From the NCBI GenBank assembly GCA_951406725.2, contig OX597840.1:18538001-18602000 (forward strand): a stretch of 64,000 nt of DNA. The letters are read 5' to 3'. A model generated the notes under the pieces. That model did not search any database, was not told where the DNA came from, and saw only the letters and a program-made list of their open reading frames with translations. Each line of letters begins with the position of its first letter. Positions within the stretch are counted from its first letter, which is position 1. Source of the DNA: Octopus vulgaris (Eukaryota). The translations under genes and the position numbers were made by a program. Below, in pieces: positions 13,874 through 26,047 of this stretch.

Positions 13874-15602
13874 CATCTGTCTGTCTATCTATCTATGTCT
13901 GTCTATCCATCTGTCTGTCTATCTATCTATCTATCTGTCTGTCTATCCATCTGTCTGTCTATCTATCTATCTATCTATCTGTCTGTCTATCCATCTATCT
14001 GTCTATACATCTATCTATCTCTTTATCTCTCTCTCTATGTGTCTATTTCTCTCTCTCTATCTATCTCTTTCTCTGTCTCTCTCTCTCTCTCTCTTTCTCT
14101 GTCACTCTGTCTCTCTGTTGCTCTCTCTCTCTCTGTTGATCTATCTCTCTGTCTATCTATCCATCTGCATCTGTCTGTCTATCTTTCTATATCATCTCTC
14201 AGTCTATCTGTCTCTAGAATGAAGACTTAGCTATCAAACTCTCTCTTTCATCACGGCAGTTTCCCTTATCTACAGAGCTATCTAAGTTAATCTTCTTAAA
14301 TCATCCCGACAAGATTACCTGCATACGGTTGCATGACTTGCTAGTAATAACAGTCAAATTTTCATTAGGACCCTCCATCATCATCATCATCGTTATTTGA
14401 TGTCTGCTTTCCATGCTGTCATGGGTTGGACAAAAAAACCTAAATCAAATAAAAAGTGGGGATACATTAGACAATGTGATGCAGGGTTAGAATGTCTTTT
14501 GATTGTAAATTTGGTCAGTTAGGTCATTTGACCTAGGGTCAAACATCAACTGACTGAGTAGACCTACAGTCAAAGGCATTCCAACTGTGATCATCTCCCT
14601 TTTTTATCTTCTCAAGCAAGCACTAAGGTTGATATAATCAACTTTCCTCCACCCCTGAAATTACTGGCCTTGTGCCAAAATTTGAAACTATTATTATTAT
14701 TATTATTATTATTATTATGGCAGGTAGCTGGCAGAATCATTAGCACACTGGGCGAAATGCTTAGCGGCATTTCATCTTACTTTTTGTTCTGGCACCGTCT
14801 GGCACCTGTTAGGGTGGCACGTAAAAAGCACCCACTACACTCACGGAGTGGTTGGCGTTAGGAAGGGCATCCAGCTGTAGAAACACTGCCAGATCAGACT
14901 GGAGCCTGATGCAGCCTTCTGGCTTCACAGACCCCAGTTGAACCGTCCAACCTATGCTAGCATGGAAAGCGGACGCTAAATGATGATGATGATGATGATG
15001 ATATGTGTGTGTGTCTGGGTTTATCCCTCCCGTCACCACTTGACAACCGGTGTTGGTGTGTTTGCATCCCTTTAACTTAACAATTCAGTGAAAGAGGATG
15101 ATAGAATAAGTACCAGGCTTAAAAAAAAAATTAGTCTGGGGGTCGATTCATTTGACTAAAAATTCAAGGTGTTGTCCCAGCATGGTCGCAGTCTAATGAC
15201 TGAAACAAGTAAAAGATAAAAGATGTGTATTTGTAATCATCATCATCATCATTTAACATCTGTTGTCCTGCCTGGGGCAGGCTGGACTGTCACTAGAGAT
15301 GGCAAGCCAGGGAGCTGCACCAAGCTCCACCCTGATATGGCTTGGTTTCTATGGCCGGATGCCCTTCCTAACACCAACCACTTTACAGAGGGTGCTGGGT
15401 GCTTTTATCTGGCACCACATGGGGGCTTTTTACATGACACTGGTACAGGACTCCTACAGCCCAATCCTTTTCACCAGGGAAAGTGGCTTTCACACTTTTG
15501 CTGTTCAGTACAGGTCTTCTTGAGTACAGGTGGGTGCCAAGTATCTCAGCCCTTTCTCATCTTGTCTGAAAGGTTCAGCATCCTGATATGTGTATATATA
15601 TA

Positions 15603-15975
15603 GGCGCAGGAGTGGCTGTGTGTTAAGCAGCTTGCTTATGAACCACATGGTTCCGGGTTCAGTCCCACTGCGTGGCACCTTTGGCAAGTTTCTTCTACTA
15701 TAGCCTCGGGCCGACCAAAGCCTTGTGAGTGGATTTGGTAGACGGAAACTGAAAGAAGCCCGTCGTATAAATGTATATAAATGTGTGTTTGTCTGTCTCT
15801 GTTTGTTCCCCCAACATCACTTGACAACCAATGCTGGTGTGTTTACGTCCCTGTAACTTAGCGGTTCGGCAAAAGAGACCGAGAGGCTTACAAAAATAAG
15901 TTCTGGGGTCGATTTGCTAAACTAAAGGCGATGCTCCAGCATGGTCACAGTCAAATGACTGAAACAAGTAAAAAG
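15603..15975 (+). mobile_element. SINE family A (tRNA head, V/CORE-like box, internal (TA/TG)n, cagtc-aaat-gactg tail); about 20 copies
   Basis: Near-identical copies at about 3481-3875 +, 4060-4450 +, 6610-6970 +, 8705-9090 +, 10405-10770 -, 12770-13160 +, 16601-17010 +, 18988-19405 +, 25150-25425 -, 45171-45760 +, 62260-62651 -. Confidence 0.9.
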
Positions 15976-16027
15976 GTAAAATATATAAGGTATATATATA
16001 TATATATATATTTGAAGAAATGAGGTA

Positions 16028-16071
<44 letters not shown>

Positions 16072-17427
16072 CCCAAAGTACCACACTGGGACTGAACCCA
16101 GAGCCATGCAGTTAGGAAGCAAACTTCTTGCCTGTGCGATTTATAATCATATTTATGTCTGTCATGGTTAATCAACCTCTCTGTTTGATTGGTACTTTAT
16201 TTTATCAATCATTCATTGGAGTGGAGTTTACCTCAGTTGGATTTGAACTCTCAATTCCATGGTACATAACTAAATACTGCAAGGCACTTTATTCACCGTT
16301 CTACGCTGATTCTACTATGTAGTAGTAGTGATGAGAGTGAAATAAAGAAGAGCAATGGTTAGTGGTGGCAGCAGTGATAAATTCATTATCTTATTAATCG
16401 AATAATAGTCTTGGTGGTGGTGGTCATGATGATAATTACTGCTGATTAACCATTTTTCTTTTTTAATCTTTTTATTAATCTGTTGGATTAATAATAATTT
16501 GTTTACTTGCGACGTAGTAGTCATAATAATATTAATAATGATATTAATAATATTAATAACAATTAATAATAATAACAATGGTGATTACCAAAATGTACAA
16601 GTGCGCAGGAGTGGCTGTGTGGTAAGTAGCTTGCTTACGAACCACATGGTTCTGGGTTCAGTCCCACTGCATGGTACCTTGGGCAAGTGTCTTCTACAAT
16701 AGCCTCGGGCCAACCAAAGCCTTGTGAGTGGATTTGGTAGACGCAAACTGAAAGAAGCCCGTCGTATATATGTATATATATATATGTGTGTATATGTTTG
16801 TGTGTCTGTGTTTGTCCCCACAATATTGCTTGAAAACTGATGCTGGTGTGTTTACATCCCCCATAACTTAGCGGTTCGGCAAAAGAGTCTGATACAATAA
16901 GTACTTGGTTTACAAAGAATAAGTCCTGGGGTCGATTTGCTCGACTAAAGGCGGTGCTCCAGCACGGCTGCAGTCAAATGACTGAAACAAGTAAAAAAAA
17001 AAGAAGAGTAAAGTGCTAGTCACACATTTGAATAGATGTACAGATTGGTAGATAGGTAGATAGATGGACAGGTTTGATATTGCAGACAGGAAATAATAAA
17101 ACTAAAAAAACATAGATATATATATGTTTTGGGTGGTTTTTTTTTTTTCATTTTTTTCAGCAGAAGTTAAAGAATGATTCCAAGAACCGAAAGTTTCATG
17201 CCCTGACACTTTACAAGGCATGAAAATTTCGGTCCTTGAGTCACTCTATAAGTTTTGCCAGGCTGTGTGGTAAGTAGCTTGCTCACAAACCACATGGTTC
17301 CGAGTTCAGTCTCACTGTCTGGCACCTTGGGCAAGTGTATTCTACTAATAGCCTTGGGTTGACCAAAGCCTTGTGAGTGGATTTGGTTGTCGGAAACTGA
17401 AAGAAGCCCGTCGTATATATGTATATA

Positions 17428-17460
<33 letters not shown>

Positions 17461-17766
17461 GTGGAGACGCAATGGCCCAGTGGTTAGGGCAGTGGACTCG
17501 CGGTTGTAGGATCGCGATTTCGATTCCCAGACCAGGCGTTGTGTGTGTTTATTGAGCGAAACCACCTAAAACCTCTACGACGCTTCGGCAGGGGGTGGTG
17601 ATCCCTGCTGTACTCTTTCACCACTCTTTCTCTCACTCTTTCTTCTGTTGGCCTGCTCACTTAGTCAGCGTGGTGGCGTCATTCGAAGGCTAAAACAATG
17701 TGAAGGCATTTTGACCAGCGATGTGTAGCAACATCTGATGGTCTGGTCGGTCACATGATCACGTGA
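17461..17766 (+). mobile_element. SINE family D (tRNA-derived); second copy 59396-59702 -
   Basis: A box tggcccagtggttag and B box gtttcgattcc. Both copies share the body and tail and are flanked by (TA)n. Confidence 0.85.
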
Positions 17767-18146
17767 TATATATATACACAAACATATATATACATATATA
17801 TATGACAGGCTTCTTTCAGTGTTTGAATCAAACTGTTTTTATCCATACTTGTAACTCCCAATAAATTTGTTGAGTGCCCTTTCATTTATCTACTCACTCA
17901 TGTGAATTTGTACTCTTCCAAAGTATAGAGTAACCCATCAGATTAATGTAAGATACAGTAACACTCACCCTTTGTGGTTAGCCATATTGAGATGGCTATT
18001 ATACTTTACATTGTCGAGCGGTTACTGTTTACATCTCATTCAGAGATTTATTATTGCTTGCAGACAGTTTTTCAAAATCAGTGACAGATGTTACTAGAAA
18101 AACCCTTAAGTATTTGCATACAAGTTCTTCCTTTTCATCGTAAACC

Positions 18147-18207
18147 GGTGATTACCGCCCGTTGACAAGAGGCAAATACCTCGAAACTGCGGTCCATGCG
18201 TATCACT
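18147..18207 (+). ncRNA. Type I hammerhead ribozyme, U3-A8 variant, in a 356-bp direct-repeat unit
   Basis: UUGACAA core, stem II GAGG-caaaua-CCUC, GAAAC-ugcg-GUC (cleavage after C18194). Stem I cgcccg/caugcg has 2 mismatches and extends as gguga/ucacu. Confidence 0.7.
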
Positions 18208-19412
18208 TAGGTTGACGAGAAAGGGATGACTACACTTTGCAAATACCAATAAGGCACAGAAAGTGTGCCTAAAGCCAGCTGGAGACGATGATCTCCTGGG
18301 GCTAAAAGCTACAGTAACACCCACCCTTTGTAGTTAACCATATTGAGATGGCTATTATACTTTGCATTAATGTAAAATAGTTTCTATTATAACAGAACAT
18401 AAAAGCAAGCATTCACATATATGCACACACACAAACACACACACACACAAACACACACACATTACTCATATTGTACTTAAAATCAAAACCAGCGACTGCA
18501 TTATGTTTGAATTCTGTGTTCAAATCTGCTGGTGGCATTTCGTTGTTTTGTGTTCTTTGGGACAATGGTACATATCACTCCGCCATTCTACCTCAGTTTC
18601 ATCAAACTTTCCAAAAGAACTGCCAAAATTTTCTGGTGAAAGGTCACGCAAGCTGATCAAACTGTTGTTGTTCTATAGACCCCGATCATGAAATGTCAAC
18701 CAATCTGTCCTTTCGTGCCAAAGAGATATTCCAAGTCTTTTTAATACATGGGCCACAAAGGAAGCATGTATATGGTTACTTGACTGGCTAGAAATAACAG
18801 CCAAATTTCCCTCAGATGATACCATTACTGTCTTACAAGTTAGGTCCCCAACTTTTTGGCTTCACAAACTGGTTTTACACAAGACAATTTGCCCACAAAC
18901 TGGGGGTGATCACCTGCATAACAAAAAAATAAAAGTGCATAATATATAATTTAATTATTATATTTATATGTATAATTATTAAATATAGGTGCAAGCATGA
19001 TTTTGTAGTAAAAAACTTTCTTCCCAACCACATGGCTCTGGGTTCAATCCTACTATGTGGCACCTTGAACAACCAAAACCTTAGGCCAACCAAAACCTTG
19101 TGAGTGGATTTGGTAGACAAAAACTGAAAGAAGCCCGTCGTGTGTGTGTATATATATTTATATATATACATACATACATACATATGTATTTATGTGTGTG
19201 ACTGTGTTTGTCCCCCTGCCATCACTCGACAACATATGCTGGTGTGTTTATGTCCCTGTAACTTAGCAGTTCGGCAAAAGAGACCTATAGAACAAATACT
19301 AGGCTTATAAAGAATAAGTCCTGGGGTCAATTTGTTCAACTAAAACCCTTCAAGGTGTAGCTCCAGCATGCCCACTATCAAATAGCTGAAACATGTAAAA
19401 GAATATATATAT

Positions 19413-19514
<102 letters not shown>

Positions 19515-19981
19515 CCCAGGATCAATAAAATAAATCACAAGCTGAGTTATTGCCAATACTCAACCCCAAAAGTTAGGACTTTGTGCCACTGAGAGAAATC
19601 CCTATTTTGTGAAGATACATGGCTCAGTGGTTAGAGCGTCAGGCTCATGATCATGAAGTAGTGGGTTCAGTTCCCAGACTAAGCTGTGTTGTGTTCTTGT
19701 GCAAGACACTGCTACAATTCACTCAGCTGTAGAAATGAGTTGTGACGTCACTGGTGTCAAGCTGTGTCGGCCCCTTTTGCCCTTCTCTTGGATAACATTA
19801 GTGGTTGATAAATTAGATTCCAGCTTTTCACTGGTTTTTAATTTATTGACCCCGGAAAGAATGAAAGGAAAATGCTAATCAGTGGTATTGGAACGCAGAA
19901 CATCAAGGTGGACAGAATGGGGTTAAGCATTTTGTCCAGCTTGCTAACAATTCTGCCTGCTCAATCATAAAAAGCCACATG

Positions 19982-21609
19982 TTAACCCTTTCGTTACCGT
20001 ATTTATTTTGAGATGTTCTGTGTTACTTTCAATTAATTTTTAAAATAACAAAGAATTTAGTAAAATAACTTGGTTATCATTCAGCTAGTGTTAGGAACAT
20101 AAATTGTGACTAAGGTTTGGTGGAAGATCTTAATTCAAAACTTATGAAATCAAAACATTGGTACTATAGAGCCAGAGGCTGTTTCAGCCAGGTTGATATC
20201 AAAAGGATTAAGAATTGTTTCTCTATTATATATTTTAACCCTTTTGTTACCATATTTTTCTTGAGATGCTCTGTGTTTCTTTCAATTAATTTTAAATATG
20301 ACAAAGAATTTAGTAAAATAACTTAGTCATCATTGAGCTAGTGTTAGGAACATAAATTGTGACTAAGGTTTGGTGGAGGATTTTAATTCAGAACTTACAA
20401 AAACAGGATATTTGTACATAGAGCCAGTTTCAGCCGGGTTGGTAATGAAAGGGTTAAACCTTAATAGAAATACCACATGCAAGACCTTAACAGAAGCACC
20501 TCATGTTAAACCTGAATAATGATGCCACATATTAGACCTTGGAAACATCATCTGATGTAGACTTTAAAAAAAAAACCCAAATTTGAAAATATTTTTATGG
20601 CATAGCCATGAAGCATAATATCCAAGGCATTCATTCATATAGTTACTGTGAGGACTGAGACGTGAGCCCAACTACTATATTTGATGGCTTATAAAATGCA
20701 GAAATCAACCCAGGTCCTTCTATACATGACATGTTTAGCCTTTATTACATGATTTAATGCCCTAAAACATTTTGTTCCTCAATATGCACTGCAAGAATTG
20801 GGGTGTCTTTTGTATGCCTGTGTATGCCATCAGGTATGAATGACTATGTAGAGATGCCCCCCCCCCCCACCTTCTATTCTATAATTAACCCTTTTGATAC
20901 CAACCTGGCTGAAACTACCTCTGGCTCTGAAGTACAAATGTTTTTTTTTCATAAGTTCTGAATTAAAATCTTCCACCAAACCTTAGTCACAATTTATGTT
21001 CCTAATACTAGCTCAATGATGACTAAGTTATTTTACTAAATTATTTGTTATATTTAAAATAACTGAAAGAAACACAGAGCATCTCAACAGAAATATGGTA
21101 ACAAAAGGGTTAAAATATATAATAGAGAAGCAATTCTTAACCCTTTTGATACCAACCCAGCTGAAACTGCCTCGGACTCTGTAGAATAAATGTCTTGTTT
21201 CCATAATTTCTGAATTAAAATCTTCCACCAAACCTTAGTCACAATTTATGTTCCTTACACCAGTTTAATGATAACTAAGTTATTTTACTAAATTCTTTGG
21301 TATATTTAAAATTAATTGAAAGAAACTCAACAGAAATATGGTAACAAAAGGGTTAAAATATATAATAGAGAAGCAATTCTTAACCCTTTCGTTACCAACC
21401 CAGCTGAAACAGCCTCTGGCTCTGTTGTACAAATGTCTTGTTTTCATAAGTTTTGAATTAAAGTCTTCTACCAAACCTCAGTCACAATTTATGTTCCTGA
21501 CACTAGCTTAATGATAACTAAGTTATTTTACTAAATTCTTTGTTATATTTCAAATTAATTGAAAGAAACACAGAACATCTCAACAGAAATATGGTAATGA
21601 ACGGGTTAA
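19982..21609. mobile_element. Array of five piggyBac-type MITEs (two +, three -)
   Basis: Each about 225 bp, TTAA-CCC...GGG-TTAA (first copy ends GGA): 19982-20211, 20235-20457, 20885-21113, 21137-21356, 21380-21609. Confidence 0.9.
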
Positions 21610-22575
21610 TAGATAAATTTTATCAACAATGTTTTTCATTAGAAATTCAGTTACAAAAACGATCAATATCTCTTCAACATCTTCCCTACTCTCCACATGA
21701 AAATATGTGTGTGTGTGTATATATGTATGTATATGTGTGTGTTATGTATATATCAGAGACAGCTTGTAGATAAAATTAATGGGGAGGCTACTTCAAAAAT
21801 TTTTTAGCTGTTTTAATATTGTTTAAATGGAAACAAACATAAAAAGAAAATTTTATACATAAACTTGATTGGTTCGTGTTTTAACCACTGCCAGGTAGTG
21901 TGTTTAATTTGTTCACTGAACACCACCACAAATTCCCCCTTGTTTTTCAAAAGTCCCCCCTAAATCACAAAATAAGGTGGGGATAATCTGCCTATTTTCA
22001 AATCCTGGTAACAACACTGAAGCTGGAAGCAGAATAATAATCTAATTCTACACTTTATCACATTCAAGAGTATAAACACGTTTTTAAGCACAACACACGC
22101 AGAGTCAAAAAGAAACATTACCTTTCACCCAGCACTGTCGTTCACGCAGTGCTCTCTCTCTCCTTAGTGTGAAGCTTCCTATCTCGGACATGTGAGCATG
22201 CGCACAACAGCCAAACACTGTGTCACTGGAACTGTTAAAGCACACAGTTCTGTACAAAGGTTTTTGTATTTTTTCATAAACTGGGGGGGGGGGGCTACTG
22301 ACACTAAGCTTAAGGATTGTATAATGTACAAGTATAAAGAAAAAATTAAATAAAAAAAAAGGACTCATTATATTGAATGTTATTGGTAAGATCGAGTGGA
22401 AATAGGGGGTGTTGCAGTTCTGCAGTACCTATATATGAGCCACCACTGGTATATATATGTATGTATATGTGTGTGTATGTATGTATGTGTGTGTGTGTGT
22501 GTATATATTTGATTTTGATTTTTTTGATTTTTTCCAGTTTCAGCTAATGAGCTGTGGCCATGCTGGGGCACCGCC

Positions 22576-22630
<55 letters not shown>

Positions 22631-22804
22631 AGATGTGTGTGTGTGTGTGTAGATGTGTGTGTGTGTGTGTAGATGTGTGTGTGTGTGTAGATGTGTGTGT
22701 GTGTGTGTAGATATATGTGCTTGTATGTACATATGTATACACAGTATGTATGTATATATAGATATATGCATGTAAGTACATATGTATATATGCTTGTGTG
22801 TGTG

Positions 22805-22835
<31 letters not shown>

Positions 22836-23126
22836 GCATTTGTAAACCCTCTTGTATGCATATATGTGTGTGTGTCTATATATATATATATATAGATATT
22901 GTTGCTATTATGCAAAAGTGTTGTAAGTCCAAAATGTTGCCTTTTGAGAAATTGAAAAAAATAGTTTCACCATTCCATAGCAAAACCTTTGACAATTTTT
23001 GATATCTTGGCATGTGAAGCAGCTGGAGATACGATAGTTTGACCAAAAGAATTGGCTATTGCAAGCAAAAAAATAAATATTGAACAAAACACATTTGGAC
23101 ATACGACAGTTTAACATAATAGCAAT

Positions 23127-23162
<36 letters not shown>

Positions 23163-23865
23163 ATTTCCTTGTTCTGGTGCCAAACTGGGACATTGTAAGA
23201 CTTGCTGTTGCTTCATCTGTTGCTGTTGTTTTTACTTCTAAAAATTCTGTCTAACAAATACCTGTAGCCAACTGCTTATTTTCGTAACCATGGCGATCGG
23301 CTGTTGCCCAAATATGTCCCCAGTGTTGTGTCGCTTTTCTCCACGTGGGGGGGGGTAGGGGAGATTGGTGTTGGCAGTGGTGGAGTAATAGACATCTGGG
23401 GGGGAAGGGGTATGAGGATGCACGGGAGATATTGGAAGTGGTAGGATTATGAGGAGTGGAATCAGAATGGTAGAATGTATTGGGGAAGGGGGGGGTAATA
23501 GACGGTGGTGGTGGTGGGTCTTTGGAATTGGTAAGGAGGAGTGGAATCGGAATAATTGGTAAAGTAATTTTGCTTGTTTTCAGTCATTGAACTGTGGTCA
23601 TGCTGGAGCACTGCCTAGAAGGGTTTTAGTCAACCTCCCCACCCTGTCTGCCAACTCCAAATCTTTATATGTTTTTTTTAATTTGGAACTTATTCTATCA
23701 GTCTCTTTTCCTGAACTGCTAAGTTTCAGGGACATAAACACACCAACACCAGTTGTCAAGCAGAGATGATGGGATGCATACAACACAAAGACACATACAC
23801 AGACATGTGTGTGTATATATGTGTGTATGTATATGTATGCATGTATATATATAAGCATATATGTT

Positions 23866-23923
<58 letters not shown>

Positions 23924-24194
23924 TGCATGTATATATATATATGCATGTATGTATATATATATATGCATGTATATATATATATGCATGTATATATATATAT
24001 ATATATGCATGTATATATATATATGCATATATATATATGCATGCACGTTTATGTGTGTACATATATGTATATGTATACATGTATGTGTGCACATGTTTGT
24101 GTGTGTGAGCATATATATATGTATATATATATGTATGTTTGTGTGTGTGTGCATATATATATGTGTATATATATGTATGTATGCGTGTGTGTGC

Positions 24195-24228
<34 letters not shown>

Positions 24229-24239
24229 GTATGTACATA

Positions 24240-24715
24240 TTGGGTCATCCCATAAATAATGACGTTTTTTTTATCAATTGCATAAACGTTGGAGTGGGAT
24301 GGGATAAGCTACCTCCATTGACCTGCTATAAAAGCAGGTAGTAATTTTACCTTGTATCCTTATTCTTAGTGCAAGTTTTGAAGAGTGCAGTTCGATTTTA
24401 AAACTTATTTTTTCAAAGCTATAATGGAAATGACAAAGGAGTATATTTGGCATATTTTGCTTTATGAGTTCAATGAAGGCAACCACACAAGGGAAAGTGA
24501 GAGGAATATTAATGCAGTATATGGGGATCGGACAATAAGTGTAGGCCAGTGTCAATGGTGGTTTCAGAAATTCCGAGCTGGAATCTACAGCCTAGAAGAC
24601 GAACCTTGTCCTGAAAGGAGGAGCCTTGCAAGTCTATCAGACAGATGGAAGAGCATTGTAGAAAATGAAGGAGAATATATTTTAGATTAAAAAAGAACTT
24701 TAGATTAAAACAGAA
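24240..24715 (+). mobile_element. Internally deleted mariner
   Basis: TA-flanked left end. MEMTKEYIWHILLYEF...WFQKFRAG..SLEDEP is fused directly to the C-terminal RWKSIVENEGEYILD*. Confidence 0.85.
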
Positions 24716-24966
24716 AAGAGACTGGGTGTTAGTTCTAGGCAGAAGGATGAAGGATGGTAAATAAGGTGAGGGTACAGCAGTGAACAAGGAAGAGGGGGAG
24801 GGATTAATTACAGAGGAATATTGAAAAGGGGGTGGGGCCGAGTTGAAAAGTGACTGGATGGGTGTTGTAATTTTTTTTTTACCAATTTGTTTTATTTTAT
24901 TTCTTTCTGTTTTTGGAACTTTGTGACTTGTTTGTCTTTACCTTTGTAACCATTTCTGTCTTTCAG

Positions 24967-25133
24967 ATTGTACCGAACTGATCAACATTACGTGGCTAGT
25001 TGTTGGAATTATCGGTGGAATTCTCTTCATAGGCCTTCTGGTGTTGATCATCTGGAAAGGTTTCACGACCTATTACGATAGAAGAGAAATGGCCCGATTT
25101 GAAAGTGAACAGAAAAAGGCCCAGTGGCATCCA
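24967..25133 (+). CDS. ITGB: Integrin beta subunit, transmembrane + membrane-proximal cytoplasmic exon
   Basis: Acceptor ttctgtctttcag|AT, donor CCA|gtaagt. Phase-1 start translates (x)CTELINITWLVVGIIGGILFIGLLVLIIWKGFTTYYDRREMARFESEQKKAQWHP: TM helix, LIIWK, DRRE-x-A-x-FE and the conserved W of integrin beta tails. Symbol is family-level only. Confidence 0.95.
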
Positions 25134-26047
25134 GTAAGTAATTAGGGACTTTTACTCTTTATTCTTTTGCTTGTTTCAGTCTAGTACTTATTCTATCAGT
25201 CTCTTATTCTATCGGTTGTCAAACGATGTTGGGTGGACAAACACACACACACAAACATATACGCACACATATACACACATATACATATATATAATGGGCT
25301 TCTTTCAGTTTCAGTCTACCAGATCCACTCACAAGGCACTTGCCCAAGGTGCCACGCAGAGGGACTGAACCCGGAACCATGTGATTCGTAAGCAAGCTAC
25401 TTACCACACAGCCACTCCTACACCTATATACTTCTAATATACTTTTTTTTCTAATTGTTGTTGTTTAGACTCATGTCAGTACTGATTAGTCAAATACACT
25501 TATGATCAAAGGAGTTCCTGACATGACCATCCCATCTAGGCATGGCTGTATTGTTAAGAAGCTTGCTTTTCAACCATGTGGTTTTGGGTTCATTGTCATT
25601 GTGTAGCACCTTGAACAAAAGTCTTTGATTATAGCCCTAGGCCATATGAGTGAACTCAATAGACAGAAACTAAAAGAAGCCTGTTGTGTGTATACATGTG
25701 TCTGTGTACTGTTGTCCTAATATCACAATTGCTGTAAATGAGCATCACCATCATACAAATGTATATATATAAATACACACACACAGTATAAAGCTCTACA
25801 CACACATGTACACAATCACTGACTGACATATACACATAGACAAATACATACACCTATATGTACCAGCATTTATATATGTGTGTGTGTGTTTATATATATA
25901 TATAAATTAGAAAAAACTACCTTTTATCAATTCAAAATGAAAAATTGAATGGCACCATCTAGAAAATTACATATAATAGAAATATTAAATATAAGATAAA
26001 AACTAATATACCAATGATTAAGTAATGTGCAAAATAATAATAAATAA

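Noticed and set aside
17161-17223. Strong acceptor (T-rich, ttttcag) followed by a 20-codon frame
   Set aside because: No recognisable protein similarity and no partner exon.
17461-17535. tRNA gene
   Set aside because: The tRNA-like segment is a SINE head followed by a shared body, with no clean cloverleaf or terminator.
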